A stretch of 64,000 nucleotides of DNA from an uncultured delta proteobacterium (GCA_947259215.1 CAMYLJ010000008.1:153256-217255); one strand, 5' to 3'; shown: positions 1 to 9,283, counted from the stretch's first letter. Translations and numbers: made by a program. Notes: generated by a model not told the origin, from the sequence alone.

Positions 1-66
1 GATGCGCTCGCGCGTCGAGGCGGCCTCGGCGTGGCGGTCTGCTCGGGGGGTCGCGGCGCTGGCCAT
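1..66 (-). CDS. 5' end (22 codons) of a gene continuing beyond the left edge; product unassignable
   Basis: Minus-strand ATG at 66..64 with GGAG about 8 nt upstream. Reads MASAATPRADRHAEAASTRERI. Absent from the ORF track because there is no stop in the window. The ..TRERI.. resembles the start of TetR-type regulators, but that is only a guess. Confidence 0.3.
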   Translation of the reverse strand, partial: MASAATPRADRHAEAASTRERI

Positions 67-102
67 GGGGGGCTCCGGATTGGTCGACCGAACAAGGTCC
101 GT

Positions 103-118
103 TTATACATATGAATAA
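103..118. promoter_or_regulatory. AT-rich imperfect palindrome TTATACATATGAATAA in a divergent intergenic region (candidate operator/promoter element)
   Basis: This is the most AT-rich stretch I noticed in the window. It has TTAT-n-CATATG-n-ATAA symmetry and lies between the divergent starts at 66 (-) and 161 (+). Confidence 0.25.
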
Positions 119-160
119 GATCCGGCGCAAGCCCCTCCCGGCGGGTAGGCTGGGGTTCGG

Positions 161-1336
161 ATGGGTGCCTGGGTGCGCTGGGCCGTGATCGGCCTCGGGA
201 TCCTGGCGGTGGTCGGCCTGGCCGTGCTGCCGGGGGAGGTCGAGCGCCGGACCCAGGGCGCCGCGCCCCACCCGCCGCATCCTGTGTCGGCGGCGGCCGC
301 CGCCCGCCACCGCGCCCTGGTGGTGGTGGACTGGCACGCGGACACCCTGCTCTGGCAGCGCAGCCTGCTTGAGCGCTCGGACCGGGGCCACGTGGACGTT
401 CCGCGACTCGCGGCGGGCAACGTGGCGCTCCAGGTCTTCACGGCGGTCACGAAGTCGCCGGCGGGCCAGAACTACGAGCGCAACAGCGGCGCGAGCGATC
501 GCATCCGGCTGCTGGTGATGCTCCAGCGTTGGCCGCCGCGCACCTGGTCGAGCCTGCTCGAACGCGCGCTCCATCAGTCCGAGCGCCTGCACGCCGCGGC
601 CGCGCGGGCGCCGGCGCGCCTCGGCGTGGTGCGCACGGCGGGCGACCTCGAACGCCTGCTCGCGCAACGCCGCCAGGACGCCGACGCGCCGCGCCCGGTG
701 GGCGCGCTGCTGGGGATCGAGGGCGCCCACGCCCTGGAGGGGCGCCTCGAGAACCTGGACGTCCTCTACGAGGCCGGCTTCCGCATGCTGGGGCTGCACC
801 ACTTCTTCGACAACGAGCTCGGAGGCTCCCTCCACGGGGAGAGCGGCGGCGGGCTGAGCGAGTTCGGCCGCGCCGTCGTGCGCCGCGCGGAGGAGCGCCG
901 GATGCTGGTCGACCTGGCGCACTCGTCGCCGGCGGTGGTGGACGACGTGCTCGCCATGGCGACGCGTCGGGTCGTGGTCTCCCACACCGGCATGGCGGGC
1001 ACCTGTCCCAGCCGGCGCAATCTGCTGGACGCCCAGATGCAGCGCATCGCAGCGCGCGGCGGGCTCGTTGCCATCGGTTACTGGAAGGGCGCCGTGTGCG
1101 ACATCTCGCCGGCGGGCGTGGTGCGCGCGATCCGCCACGCCATCGACCTGCTCGGCCCGGACCACGTGGCGCTCGGATCCGACTTCGACGGAGGCACCAC
1201 CACGAGCTTCGACACCTCGGAGCTGGCGGCGCTCACCCACGTGATGCGGGAGCAGGGCTTCCGGGACGACGAGATCGCGGGGGTGATGGGCGGCAACAGC
1301 GTCCGCTTCCTGCGGGAGCAGCTGCCGCCGACGTGA
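161..1336 (+). CDS. membrane-anchored dipeptidase, peptidase family M19 (renal dipeptidase-like)
   Basis: 391-aa ORF with an N-terminal TM helix. M19-type motifs: VVDWHADTL, GIEGAHALEG, LGLHHFFDNELGGS, VVSHTG, LGSDFDGG. Confidence 0.85.
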   Translation: MGAWVRWAVIGLGILAVVGLAVLPGEVERRTQGAAPHPPHPVSAAAAARHRALVVVDWHADTLLWQRSLLERSDRGHVDVPRLAAGNVALQVFTAVTKSPAGQNYERNSGASDRIRLLVMLQRWPPRTWSSLLERALHQSERLHAAAARAPARLGVVRTAGDLERLLAQRRQDADAPRPVGALLGIEGAHALEGRLENLDVLYEAGFRMLGLHHFFDNELGGSLHGESGGGLSEFGRAVVRRAEERRMLVDLAHSSPAVVDDVLAMATRRVVVSHTGMAGTCPSRRNLLDAQMQRIAARGGLVAIGYWKGAVCDISPAGVVRAIRHAIDLLGPDHVALGSDFDGGTTTSFDTSELAALTHVMREQGFRDDEIAGVMGGNSVRFLREQLPPT

Positions 1337-1387
1337 GCCAGCCGGCGGAAGGTGGCTAGACTCTTCGGACGCCGGCCAGGAGTGAAC

Positions 1388-2380
1388 ATGACCCGCACCC
1401 GCCTCGGCTTCCAGATCCCCAACTTCACGTTCCCCGACGTCCCCGACGCGGACCTCTTCGAGCACGTGGCCGCCATGGCGGTGCAGGCCGAGGAGTCCGG
1501 CTTCGACACCGTGCTGCTGATGGACCACTTCTACCAGCTGCCCATGCTCGGGCCGCCGGACTGGAACATGTTCGAGGCGTACACGCTGCTCGGCGCCCTG
1601 GCGGCGCGCACGCGGCGCGCGCGGCTCGGGACCCTGGTGACCGGGAACACCTACCGGAACCCGGCGCTGCTCGCGAAGATCCTGACCGGCCTCGACGTCA
1701 TCTCCGGCGGTCGGGCGTTGGCCGGTCTCGGCGCGGGCTGGTTCGAGCAGGAGCACGTGGGCTACGGCTTCGAGTTCCCGCCGTTGAAGGAGCGCCTGGA
1801 TCGCCTGGAGGAGGCGCTCCGGATCATCAAGCCGATGCTGGCCGACGAGCGCCCGACGCTCGACGGCCGCTTCTACCGCGTTCGCGAGGCGATCAATCGT
1901 CCGTCTCCGCTTCAGCAGGGCGGCCCGCCCATCATGATCGGCGGGGGTGGCGAGAAGCGCACCTTGCGGCTCGTCGCGCAGTACGCCGACGAGAGCAACC
2001 TGCCGTGCTCGGCCGATGAGATCCCGCGCAAGCTCGAGGCCCTGGAGCGCCACTGCGCCGACCTCGGGCGCGAGCGCGCGACGGTCGGCGTCACCTGGCT
2101 CACGTCCATGGTGCTGGCGCCGACGACCGCTGAGGCAGAGGCGGCGCGCAACGCCCTGCTGGCCCGGCGCGGGATGGACTGGAACACGCTGCCGGACCAC
2201 GTCCGCGAGAACCTGGAGCGCGTGATCGTGCTGGGCGACCCCGACACGGTCTGCGAGCAGATCCAGACCCAGGTGGTGGACCGGGGCCTCGACGGCGTGT
2301 GCGTCAACCTGCCGGCCGACGGCCACGACCTCGAGCGCGTCGCCCTCGCCGGCGAAACCCTGCGCAAGGTGATCGGCTAG
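1388..2380 (+). CDS. luciferase-like monooxygenase (LLM), F420-dependent oxidoreductase subgroup
   Basis: ORF opens at GTG 1352, but ATG 1388 has AGGAG 5 nt upstream. LLM motifs: GFDTVLLMDHFYQ, TGNTYRNPALLAK, LGAGWFEQEH, PPIMIGGGGEKRTLRL. Confidence 0.8.
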   Translation: MTRTRLGFQIPNFTFPDVPDADLFEHVAAMAVQAEESGFDTVLLMDHFYQLPMLGPPDWNMFEAYTLLGALAARTRRARLGTLVTGNTYRNPALLAKILTGLDVISGGRALAGLGAGWFEQEHVGYGFEFPPLKERLDRLEEALRIIKPMLADERPTLDGRFYRVREAINRPSPLQQGGPPIMIGGGGEKRTLRLVAQYADESNLPCSADEIPRKLEALERHCADLGRERATVGVTWLTSMVLAPTTAEAEAARNALLARRGMDWNTLPDHVRENLERVIVLGDPDTVCEQIQTQVVDRGLDGVCVNLPADGHDLERVALAGETLRKVIG

Positions 2381-2533
2381 GAGGCAAAGATCCGCCCGGG
2401 CGCGTCGAGCCTCCTGAGCTCCGCTTACCTCCCGAGCCGCGCGGCCCGCAAGCCCGGCGCTCCGCCTGCCGCGCGCGCCTCGGGCCCTGTCGCCGGGCGC
2501 GCCGCGGTCTCAGCGACAGCGCCAAGCGCACTT

Positions 2534-2574
2534 GGAAGTCGGCCCTCGGCCGACTTCCGCTTCTTCCTTCTTCC
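2534..2574 (+). terminator. GC-rich hairpin plus T-rich tail (candidate intrinsic terminator between convergent genes)
   Basis: Perfect 11-bp inverted repeat GGAAGTCGGCC-ctc-GGCCGACTTCC followed by GCTTCTTCCTTCTTCC. Confidence 0.45.
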
Positions 2575-2593
2575 GCAGGCGAGCGAAGTTCAT

Positions 2594-3601
2594 CTAACTG
2601 GGGTCCGGACCGACGCGGATCATGCGCTTGCCGCGGTTCTCGCCGGCCAGCAGGCCGATCAGGCCGCGCGGCGCGTTCTCGAGCCCGTCGATCACGTCCT
2701 CCACCACCGTCAGGCTGCCGTCGGCGGCCCAGGCGGAGAGGTCGCGGGTGGCCTCGGCGTCGCGGTCCGCGAAGTCCATCACGATGAAGCCCTCCATGCG
2801 GATCCGCTTCACCACCAGCAGCCCCGGAACGCCCACCGGTCCCGTGAGCGGTCCGCCGTCGTACATGGAGACGGCGCCGCAGCACGCGACGCGTCCGTGC
2901 AGGTTCATGGCGAAGAGCGCCGCCTGGAGGATGGGTCCGCCGGTGTTGTCGAAGTAGACGTCGACGCCGCGCGGGCAGTGCTGGCCGAGCGCCGCGGGCA
3001 GCTCCTCGCCCTTGTAGTCGATGCAGGCGTCGAAGCCGAGCGTGTCGACCACCCAGGCGCACTTCTCCGGTCCGCCAGCCACGCCCACGACGTGCGCGCC
3101 GCGGATCTTGCCGATCTGCCCGACGAGTGTTCCCACGGAGCCCGCCGCGGCGGACACGAGCAGGGTCTCGCCGGACTCGATCCCCGCCACGTTCAGCAGA
3201 CCGTGGTAGGCGGTCTTGCCCGCGATGCCCAGCACCGAGAGCTGGTGCGTGAGCGGGCGGTGGTCCGAGCAGCGCCCGAGTACGCGGGCGTCGAGGGCGG
3301 CGTACTCCTGCCAGCCGAGCTCGCCCATCACCAAGTCGCCGGGCGCGAGCCCGGAGGCACGCGACTCCACCACCTCGCCGAGGGCGTAGCCGTGCATCAC
3401 GTCGCCCGGGTTCACGGCGTCCTTGTAGGTGGCCCCCTGCATCCAGGCGCGGTTGGCCGCGTCCTGGGAGAGCAGCACGCTCCGCACCAGCGCCTGGCCG
3501 TCGCCCGGCACGGGCATCGGGGCGTGGCGGAGCTCGAAGTGGGACTCCTGGAGCTTTCCGCTGGGTCGTTCTCTCAGGATGATCTGGGTATTGTCGGCCA
3601 T
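2594..3601 (-). CDS. NADP-dependent oxidoreductase, medium-chain reductase of the YncB/CurA/alkenal-reductase type
   Basis: 335 aa from ATG 3601 (MADNTQIILRERPSG). The upstream 220 codons of the 557-aa ORF are R/P-rich shadow. Rossmann motif AAAGSVGTLVGQIGK, plus VAGGPEKC and FDNTGG. Paralogue at 48221..49216. Confidence 0.85.
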   Translation of the reverse strand: MADNTQIILRERPSGKLQESHFELRHAPMPVPGDGQALVRSVLLSQDAANRAWMQGATYKDAVNPGDVMHGYALGEVVESRASGLAPGDLVMGELGWQEYAALDARVLGRCSDHRPLTHQLSVLGIAGKTAYHGLLNVAGIESGETLLVSAAAGSVGTLVGQIGKIRGAHVVGVAGGPEKCAWVVDTLGFDACIDYKGEELPAALGQHCPRGVDVYFDNTGGPILQAALFAMNLHGRVACCGAVSMYDGGPLTGPVGVPGLLVVKRIRMEGFIVMDFADRDAEATRDLSAWAADGSLTVVEDVIDGLENAPRGLIGLLAGENRGKRMIRVGPDPS

Positions 3602-3697
3602 GGGGGACCTCCGTCGGGGACGCGAGCATAGCTTCCTTCTGCGGCCCCGTGCCTTGCCAGGGCGCAGAAGCGGGCTTTCCTCTCGGGGGGTGAGCGC

Positions 3698-4036
3698 ATG
3701 AGCGAGGAGATCCCGGACCCGGCACCCGAGCACAGGCCCACGATCGTGGAGCGGGCGATCGCGACCCTGTTCGAAGAGTCCACACTGTGGCCGCTCCTCG
3801 CCGTGGTGCTCGGGCACGTGGCCGCCTTCCTGACGCCGGTGGTGATCCTCGCCCTGCGCGATCGGCGGCCGTCGGCGGGCGTGGCGCTCCTCGGGGCGAT
3901 CGTCCTCAGCGGCCTGGCGGTGCGGGCGGAGTGGTCGCGCGCGGGACGCCCGGGCCCGCAGGCTGCATTCGTCGTGCTCTCCTGGCTGCTCACCGGTGTG
4001 CTCGCCTGGGCGGCGAATCGCTGGCAGGTCTTCTGA
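3698..4036 (+). CDS. small hypothetical membrane protein (3 predicted TM helices)
   Basis: 112-aa ORF with hydrophobic segments LWPLLAVVLGHVAAFLTPVVILAL, GVALLGAIVLSGLAV and AFVVLSWLLTGVLAWAA. Sits directly upstream of the amine dehydrogenase cluster. No recognisable family. Confidence 0.5.
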   Translation: MSEEIPDPAPEHRPTIVERAIATLFEESTLWPLLAVVLGHVAAFLTPVVILALRDRRPSAGVALLGAIVLSGLAVRAEWSRAGRPGPQAAFVVLSWLLTGVLAWAANRWQVF

Positions 4037-4082
4037 GGCGCGGTCGTTGACAGCCCGCGGAGGCCTGTGGTCCCCTGCCCGG

Positions 4083-5333
4083 ATGGGTCGCCGGGCGCTC
4101 GCAGGGCTGCTTCTCGTCGGGCTTGCGGCCGCCGCCCGAGCCGACGTTCCCGTGGAGTCGCTGGGACGCGTCGAGACGCTGCCGCTGCCTCCGGGCCCCC
4201 ACTGGGCGTGGGTCGGCGATCCGGTCTTCCGGCACGCCACGCTCGTGGACCTGTCCGACGGCCGCACGCTCGGGATCGTGAACGCGGGTTTCGGGATGCC
4301 GACCGTGTTGACCCCCGCCGCGCGTCCGGAGTTCTACGTGGTGGAGACCCACTACTCGCGCGGCAGCCGCGGGGAGCGCAGCGACGTGCTCACCATCTAC
4401 GGCGGGCGGAGCCTGGCGGCCGAGGCGGAGGTGGTGCTGCCGCCGAAGCGCGCCCACGCCGCCAACACGGCCGGCATGCTGGCGCTCTCCGACGACGATC
4501 GCTTCGTCGCGGTCTTCAACCTGACGCCCGCCACGTCCCTCAGCATCGTCGACGTCGAGGCGCGCCGCTTCAGCGCCGAGATCGAGACGCCGGGCTGCAG
4601 CCTGGCCTACGCCGCCGGGCCACGCCGCTTCGTCAGCCTGTGCATGAACGGGGCGCTGATGCTGGTCGAGGTCGACGACGAAGGCCGTGAGGCGAGGAAG
4701 ACGCGCAGCGAGCCGTTCTTCGATCCCCAGCTGGACCCGGTGACGGAGAAGGCCGCCCGCTGGGAGGACCGCTGGCTGTTCGCGTCCTTCGAGAGCTGGA
4801 TCCATCCGGTGGACCTCTCGGGCGCGGCCCCCCGCTTCGAGGAGCGCTGGTCGCTGGTGAACGACGCCGAGCGCGTCGACGACTGGCGCATCGGCGGCAT
4901 GCAGCACCTGGCGGTGCACGAGCCGACGGGACGCCTGTACGCGCTGATGCACCGCGGGGGCCCCGACACCCACAAGCAGGGCGGTACCGAGGTCTGGATC
5001 TACGACCTGGCGAGCCGCGAGCGTCTCCAGCGGATCGAGCTGCACGGGCTGGGCTTCTCCTACCTGGGAGTCCCGCTTCGCGCCGAGGGCTTCACGGGCT
5101 GGCTGATCGACAAGCTCGCGGACTGGACCCTGGGCATGGCCCCGGACATCGCGGTCGACGCCATCGCGGTCACCCAGGACGCGGCTCCGCGGTTGGTGAC
5201 GGTCGGCGCGGTCTCGGGAGCGGTCGCGTCCTACGACGCGCTGACGGGCGAGTTCCTGGGCCGCGCCTACGTCGGAAACGCCACCAACGTGACCCTCTCC
5301 ACGCCCTTCGCCCGCACCGGAGGCTGGCGATGA
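4083..5333 (+). CDS. mauB: TTQ-dependent amine dehydrogenase heavy (large) subunit, methylamine/aromatic-amine dehydrogenase family
   Basis: 416 aa from ATG 4083 with signal peptide MGRRALAGLLLVGLAAAARA. Heavy-chain propeller signatures: EFYVVETHYSRGSRGERSDV, AERVDDWRIGGMQHLAVH, GGTEVWIYDLASRERL. The symbol denotes the family; substrate is unknown. Confidence 0.85.
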   Translation: MGRRALAGLLLVGLAAAARADVPVESLGRVETLPLPPGPHWAWVGDPVFRHATLVDLSDGRTLGIVNAGFGMPTVLTPAARPEFYVVETHYSRGSRGERSDVLTIYGGRSLAAEAEVVLPPKRAHAANTAGMLALSDDDRFVAVFNLTPATSLSIVDVEARRFSAEIETPGCSLAYAAGPRRFVSLCMNGALMLVEVDDEGREARKTRSEPFFDPQLDPVTEKAARWEDRWLFASFESWIHPVDLSGAAPRFEERWSLVNDAERVDDWRIGGMQHLAVHEPTGRLYALMHRGGPDTHKQGGTEVWIYDLASRERLQRIELHGLGFSYLGVPLRAEGFTGWLIDKLADWTLGMAPDIAVDAIAVTQDAAPRLVTVGAVSGAVASYDALTGEFLGRAYVGNATNVTLSTPFARTGGWR

Positions 5334-5896
5334 TCCGCGGCCTCTTCGTCGACCCGGCCGTGCAGGGTGCGCTCCACGCGAGTGCGGCGCTGCTCTTCGG
5401 CGCGGCGGCGTTGCACAAGCTGCGCGATCCGGCGGGCTTCCGCGCCTCCCTGGCGGGCTATCGACTGCTCCCCGCGCGTGCCGTGCCGACGGTCGCGGCG
5501 GGACTCGTGCTGTCGGAGCTTGCGCTGGCCGCGGGCTGCCTGGCGCCGGCGACGGCCCCGGCGGCCTGCCTCGCCGGTGCGGTGCTGGTCGTCGCCTACG
5601 CGTGCGCCGTCGGCGTGAACCTCGCTCGCGGCCGCCGCGCCATCGACTGCGGCTGCGGCGGGCCCGGAGGGCGGCGGCCGCTCTCGGCGGGGCTCGTGGT
5701 GCGCAACGTCGTGCTCGCCGCGCTGCTCGTGCTGGCGGCGCTGCCGGCTGGCGCGCGGTCGCTGGTCTGGCTCGACGCGCTCAGCGTGGCAGGCCTGGCC
5801 GCGCTGCTGGCGCTGGTCTACGCCTCTGCGGACGTGGCGCTCGCCAACGCCGCGCGGCTGCGCGACGCGGGAGGTCCGGCATGGTCGACGCGTTGA
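5330..5896 (+). CDS. mauE: MauE-family membrane protein (amine dehydrogenase accessory)
   Basis: 188 aa with 4 TM helices. ATGA overlap with the heavy-chain stop. Position and topology match mauE/aauE. Confidence 0.75.
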   Translation: MIRGLFVDPAVQGALHASAALLFGAAALHKLRDPAGFRASLAGYRLLPARAVPTVAAGLVLSELALAAGCLAPATAPAACLAGAVLVVAYACAVGVNLARGRRAIDCGCGGPGGRRPLSAGLVVRNVVLAALLVLAALPAGARSLVWLDALSVAGLAALLALVYASADVALANAARLRDAGGPAWSTR

Positions 5897-6495
5897 TCGT
5901 CTCCAACCTGGTCTTGTGGCTGGCGCTGGTGGTGCTCGCCGCCGTGGTGCTGGCGCTGCTGCGTCAGATCGGAATCCTGCACGAGCGGATCGCGCCGGCG
6001 GGTGCGCTGGTTGGCCGGGAGGGGCCGCGGCCGGGCGAGACGGCGCCGGTGGTGGAAGTGGAGGACTGGTCGGGCCTGCGGTTGCGACCGGGCGCACCGG
6101 ATCCGCAGGGCCGCGGCACCCTGCTCTTCTTCGTCTCGCCCACCTGCCCCGTCTGCAAGACCCTGCTGCCGGTGGCGCGCGCGGTGGCGGCGGCCGAAGA
6201 CGGTGGGCTCGCGCTGGTGGTGGCGAGCGACGGACCGCGCGAAGAGCACGTGGAGTTCGTGCGCGCGCACGACCTGGCGAACGGCAGCTACGTGCTCTCG
6301 ACGCCGCTCGTGCTGGCCTGGCAGGTGGGGCGCCTCCCGTACGCCGTCCTGCTGGACGCCGGCGGCGTGGTGCGTGCGCGCGGCCTCGTGAACACGCGCG
6401 AGCACCTGGAGAGCCTCTTCGAGGCGCGCGACCGCGGCGTGGCGTCGGTCCAGGAGTATCTCGGCCGAGACGCCCCGCCGCGGCGGGTGGCGTAG
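5881..6495 (+). CDS. mauD: MauD-family thioredoxin-fold accessory protein (CPVC)
   Basis: 204 aa from ATG 5881, overlapping mauE by 16 nt. N-terminal TM anchor, redox motif FFVSPTCPVCK, TlpA/MauD-like fold. Confidence 0.8.
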   Translation: MVDALIVSNLVLWLALVVLAAVVLALLRQIGILHERIAPAGALVGREGPRPGETAPVVEVEDWSGLRLRPGAPDPQGRGTLLFFVSPTCPVCKTLLPVARAVAAAEDGGLALVVASDGPREEHVEFVRAHDLANGSYVLSTPLVLAWQVGRLPYAVLLDAGGVVRARGLVNTREHLESLFEARDRGVASVQEYLGRDAPPRRVA

Positions 6496-6504
6496 GAGGG
6501 CGGC

Positions 6505-7056
6505 GTGGCGCGCATGGACCGTTGGATGACGGGATTCGCCCGGAGCCTGGCCCGGCGCACGTCGCGGCGAAGCGTGCTGGCGGGGATCGGAACCGCGCTC
6601 GTCGGCGGGGCGGCGGTGCCGCTGCTTCCGGTGGCGCGGGGCCGCGCCGAGCCGGCGCCGGGAGACCGGGTGACCCCGTCGGGCGAGCCGGATCCGACCA
6701 CGCCGGCGGGTGATCCCCAGGACTGCGGCTACTGGCGCTACTGCGCCGTCGACGGCTTTCTCTCGAGTTGCTGCGGCGGCAGCCACAACGCGTGCCCGCC
6801 CGGCACCCAGATGTCGCCCATCACCTGGCTCGGCACCTGCCGCAACCCGGCCGACGGCAAGGAGTACGTGATCTCCTACAACGACTGCTGCGGCAAGGAC
6901 GTCTGTGGCAGCTGCATCTGCCGCCGGCACGAAGGCGACAAGCCCGTCTACTACACGCCCAAGAGCAACGACATCGACTGGTGCATGGGCACCCGCGAGA
7001 TCATCTACAACTCGACGGTGGCGGTGGTGGTGGGTGTGGCCCGGGAGAAGGGGTGA
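6505..7056 (+). CDS. mauA: TTQ-dependent amine dehydrogenase light (small) subunit precursor
   Basis: GTG 6505 with GGAGG 6 nt upstream. Tat-type leader ..RRTSRRSVLAG.. Cys/Trp-rich mature part typical of the light chain: CGYWRYCAVDGFLSSCCGG, ITWLGTC, YNDCCGKDVCGSCIC, DIDWCMG. Confidence 0.85.
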   Translation: MARMDRWMTGFARSLARRTSRRSVLAGIGTALVGGAAVPLLPVARGRAEPAPGDRVTPSGEPDPTTPAGDPQDCGYWRYCAVDGFLSSCCGGSHNACPPGTQMSPITWLGTCRNPADGKEYVISYNDCCGKDVCGSCICRRHEGDKPVYYTPKSNDIDWCMGTREIIYNSTVAVVVGVAREKG

Positions 7057-7463
7057 GTCGCGCGGGCCTGGGCCTGGCGGCCCTCGCCCTGGCCCTGGCG
7101 GCACCCGCGCGCGGCGAGACGCCCGAGGTGAACTACCTGCTCCAGTGCCAGGGCTGCCACCTGCCCGACGGCAGCGGCAAGTCCGGCGCGGTCCCCGACC
7201 TGAAGGACCTGGGCCGCTTCCTCGCCGTACCCGGGGGTCGCGAGTACCTGGTGCGGGTTCCGGGCAGCGCCCAGTCGCCGCTGTCGGACGCGGACCTGGC
7301 CGCGCTCCTCAACTGGATGCTGCGCCGCTTCGGACCCGCAGCGATTGCCGACACCCTGGAGCCCTACACCCCCGAAGAGATCACGGCCCTGCGCCGTCCC
7401 CCCCTGGCCGATGTCGCCGCGACCCGTGCCCGCCTCCTCGCACGGCTGAGAGCAGGGGACTGA
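7053..7463 (+). CDS. small periplasmic monohaem c-type cytochrome
   Basis: GTG 7053 overlaps the light-chain stop (GTGA). Signal peptide, then a single CQGCH haem motif, with WM as a possible Met ligand. 136 aa. Confidence 0.7.
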   Translation: MSRAGLGLAALALALAAPARGETPEVNYLLQCQGCHLPDGSGKSGAVPDLKDLGRFLAVPGGREYLVRVPGSAQSPLSDADLAALLNWMLRRFGPAAIADTLEPYTPEEITALRRPPLADVAATRARLLARLRAGD

Positions 7464-7466
7464 ATC

Positions 7467-8480
7467 ATGGCCGAGCGCGCGGTCGCCGTGCTGGCGATGT
7501 CCCCGGTACTGACGGCCGACATGTGGACGCTGGAGCACCGGGAGCGGCTCGCGGCGTGCTGCGACGTGCCGGACGCGGAGCCGCTCGCGGACTTCGGCGA
7601 GCCGCGCGCGGAGTCCCTGCTGGCGCGCGCCGAGATCCTGCTGACGGGCTGGGGCTGCGCACGCCTCGACGCGCCGGTGCTCGAGCGCGCGCCCCGGCTG
7701 CGGGCCGTCGTGCATGCGGCGGGCACGGTGAAGCCCCTGGTCACGCCCGACTGCTTCGCGCGCGGGATCCGCGTCTCGTCGGCGGCGGCCGCCAACGCCC
7801 TGCCCGTGGCCGAGTACACGCTGGCCGCCATCCTCTTCGCGGGCAAGCGCGTCTTCCGCCTCCAGCGACGCTACGCCGAGCTGCGGGCCTTCCGGCTCTG
7901 GCCGCGGGAGCTTCCGGACCTCGGCAACCTGGACCGGGTCGTCGGGATCGTCGGCGCCTCCCGCATCGGGCGGCGGGTGATCGAGCTGCTGGCACCCTTC
8001 GACCTGTCGCTGCTGGTGCACGATCCCTACCTCTCCGACGCGGAGGCGCGAACGCTCGGAGTCGAGAAGCTGGACGACCTGGACGTGTTGCTGCGCCGGA
8101 GCGATGTGGTGAGCCTGCACGCGCCGGCGCTGCCGGAGACGCATCACATGCTCGACGCCCGGCGCCTGGCCCTGCTGCGGGACGGCGCCGTGCTCGTGAA
8201 CACGGCCCGCGGCTCCCTGGTCGAGCTCGACGCGCTGACCCGCGAGCTCGTCTCGGGTCGCATCGACGCGGTGATCGACACCAGCGAGCCCGAGGTCCTG
8301 CCCTCGGACTCGCCGCTCTTCGAGCTGCCGAACGTCTTCCTCACGCCGCACGTGGCCGGTGCCATGGGTCGCGAGACCCGCCGGCTGCTGGACCTGGCCC
8401 TGGACGAGATCGAGCGCCTCGTGCGCGGCGACCCCTTGCGCCACGAGGTGCGCGCCGAAGACTGGGACCGCATCGCATGA
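7467..8480 (+). CDS. D-isomer-specific 2-hydroxyacid dehydrogenase family protein (NAD-binding)
   Basis: 337 aa, starting 3 nt after the cytochrome stop. Motifs: GIVGASRIGRRV (GxGxxG), VVSLHAPALPETHHM, LVNTARG, TPHVAG. Confidence 0.8.
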   Translation: MAERAVAVLAMSPVLTADMWTLEHRERLAACCDVPDAEPLADFGEPRAESLLARAEILLTGWGCARLDAPVLERAPRLRAVVHAAGTVKPLVTPDCFARGIRVSSAAAANALPVAEYTLAAILFAGKRVFRLQRRYAELRAFRLWPRELPDLGNLDRVVGIVGASRIGRRVIELLAPFDLSLLVHDPYLSDAEARTLGVEKLDDLDVLLRRSDVVSLHAPALPETHHMLDARRLALLRDGAVLVNTARGSLVELDALTRELVSGRIDAVIDTSEPEVLPSDSPLFELPNVFLTPHVAGAMGRETRRLLDLALDEIERLVRGDPLRHEVRAEDWDRIA

Positions 8481-9283
8481 CGCAGCTCGGCTTCTGCTCG
8501 ATTTCGGCCCTCGACCGCTCCCTCGCCGACGCCGCGCGGGTCGCGGCGGCGTGCGGTTGCGACGGGGTCGAGGTGACGGATCGGCCGCCGCACCTCGAGC
8601 CGGGCGCCTCCCTCGACGCCGTGCGCGACGCGGGCGCGGCGGTGCGCGACGCCGGGATCGAGGTCGTCGCCTACGGCTCCTACCTGGGGCGTATGGGCGC
8701 GCGCACGCCCGAGCACGCGCGCCGCGAGGTCGAGGTCGCCGCCGCGCTCGGCACGCCGCTGCTGCGCGTGTGGGCGGAGCCGGACAACGGCGCGCCCGAC
8801 GCCGGCTTCGGCGACGTGGTCTCCCTGCTCATGGCGACCTGCGACGCGGCGGCCGAGCGCGGCGTGGAGGTGGTGGTGGAGCGCCACGTGGGATCGTTCG
8901 CCGACACGCCCGAACGGATCGACCGCCTCTTCGCCGCGGTGGCGCGCCCGAACCTGGCCCTGAACTACCAGGTGCTGGACTTCCTGCCGCCCGACGCGGT
9001 GTCGGCCCAGCCCGACGACGCGCGCCGGCTGGCTCCCCGGGCGCGCTACCTTCACCTCAAGAACTACCGGGCCAACCCGGATCCGGCGGGGCCGCTGGCG
9101 CCGGGAGGATCGCTGGCAGGCGGCGTGCTCGACTACCGCCCGATCCTGGCCGCGGTGCTGGAGTCCGGCTATGCCGGACCCATGACGCTCGAGTTCCTGT
9201 CGTGGGAACCGCTGCCGTTGGAGGAGAAGCTGGCCGCGGACGTGCGCCACGCGCGCGCGCTGCTGGCGGAGCTCGGCGCGTGA
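8477..9283 (+). CDS. sugar-phosphate isomerase/epimerase (xylose-isomerase-like TIM barrel) family protein
   Basis: ATG 8477 overlaps the previous stop (ATGA). 268 aa. The pattern ..GCDGVEV.., LGTPLLRVW, VVVERHVGSF, YLHLKN, MTLEF is typical of AP-endonuclease-2/xylose-isomerase-like TIM barrels. Confidence 0.7.
   Translation: MTQLGFCSISALDRSLADAARVAAACGCDGVEVTDRPPHLEPGASLDAVRDAGAAVRDAGIEVVAYGSYLGRMGARTPEHARREVEVAAALGTPLLRVWAEPDNGAPDAGFGDVVSLLMATCDAAAERGVEVVVERHVGSFADTPERIDRLFAAVARPNLALNYQVLDFLPPDAVSAQPDDARRLAPRARYLHLKNYRANPDPAGPLAPGGSLAGGVLDYRPILAAVLESGYAGPMTLEFLSWEPLPLEEKLAADVRHARALLAELGA

Noticed and set aside
3602-4267. N-terminal 220-codon extension of the NADP-reductase ORF (2594..4267). 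Similar extensions occur at 45786..46574, 43516..44652, 15075..15260 and 12709..13842.
   Set aside because: The extensions are low-complexity, overlap other credible genes, and an internal ATG/GTG with an SD gives full-length family-typical proteins.
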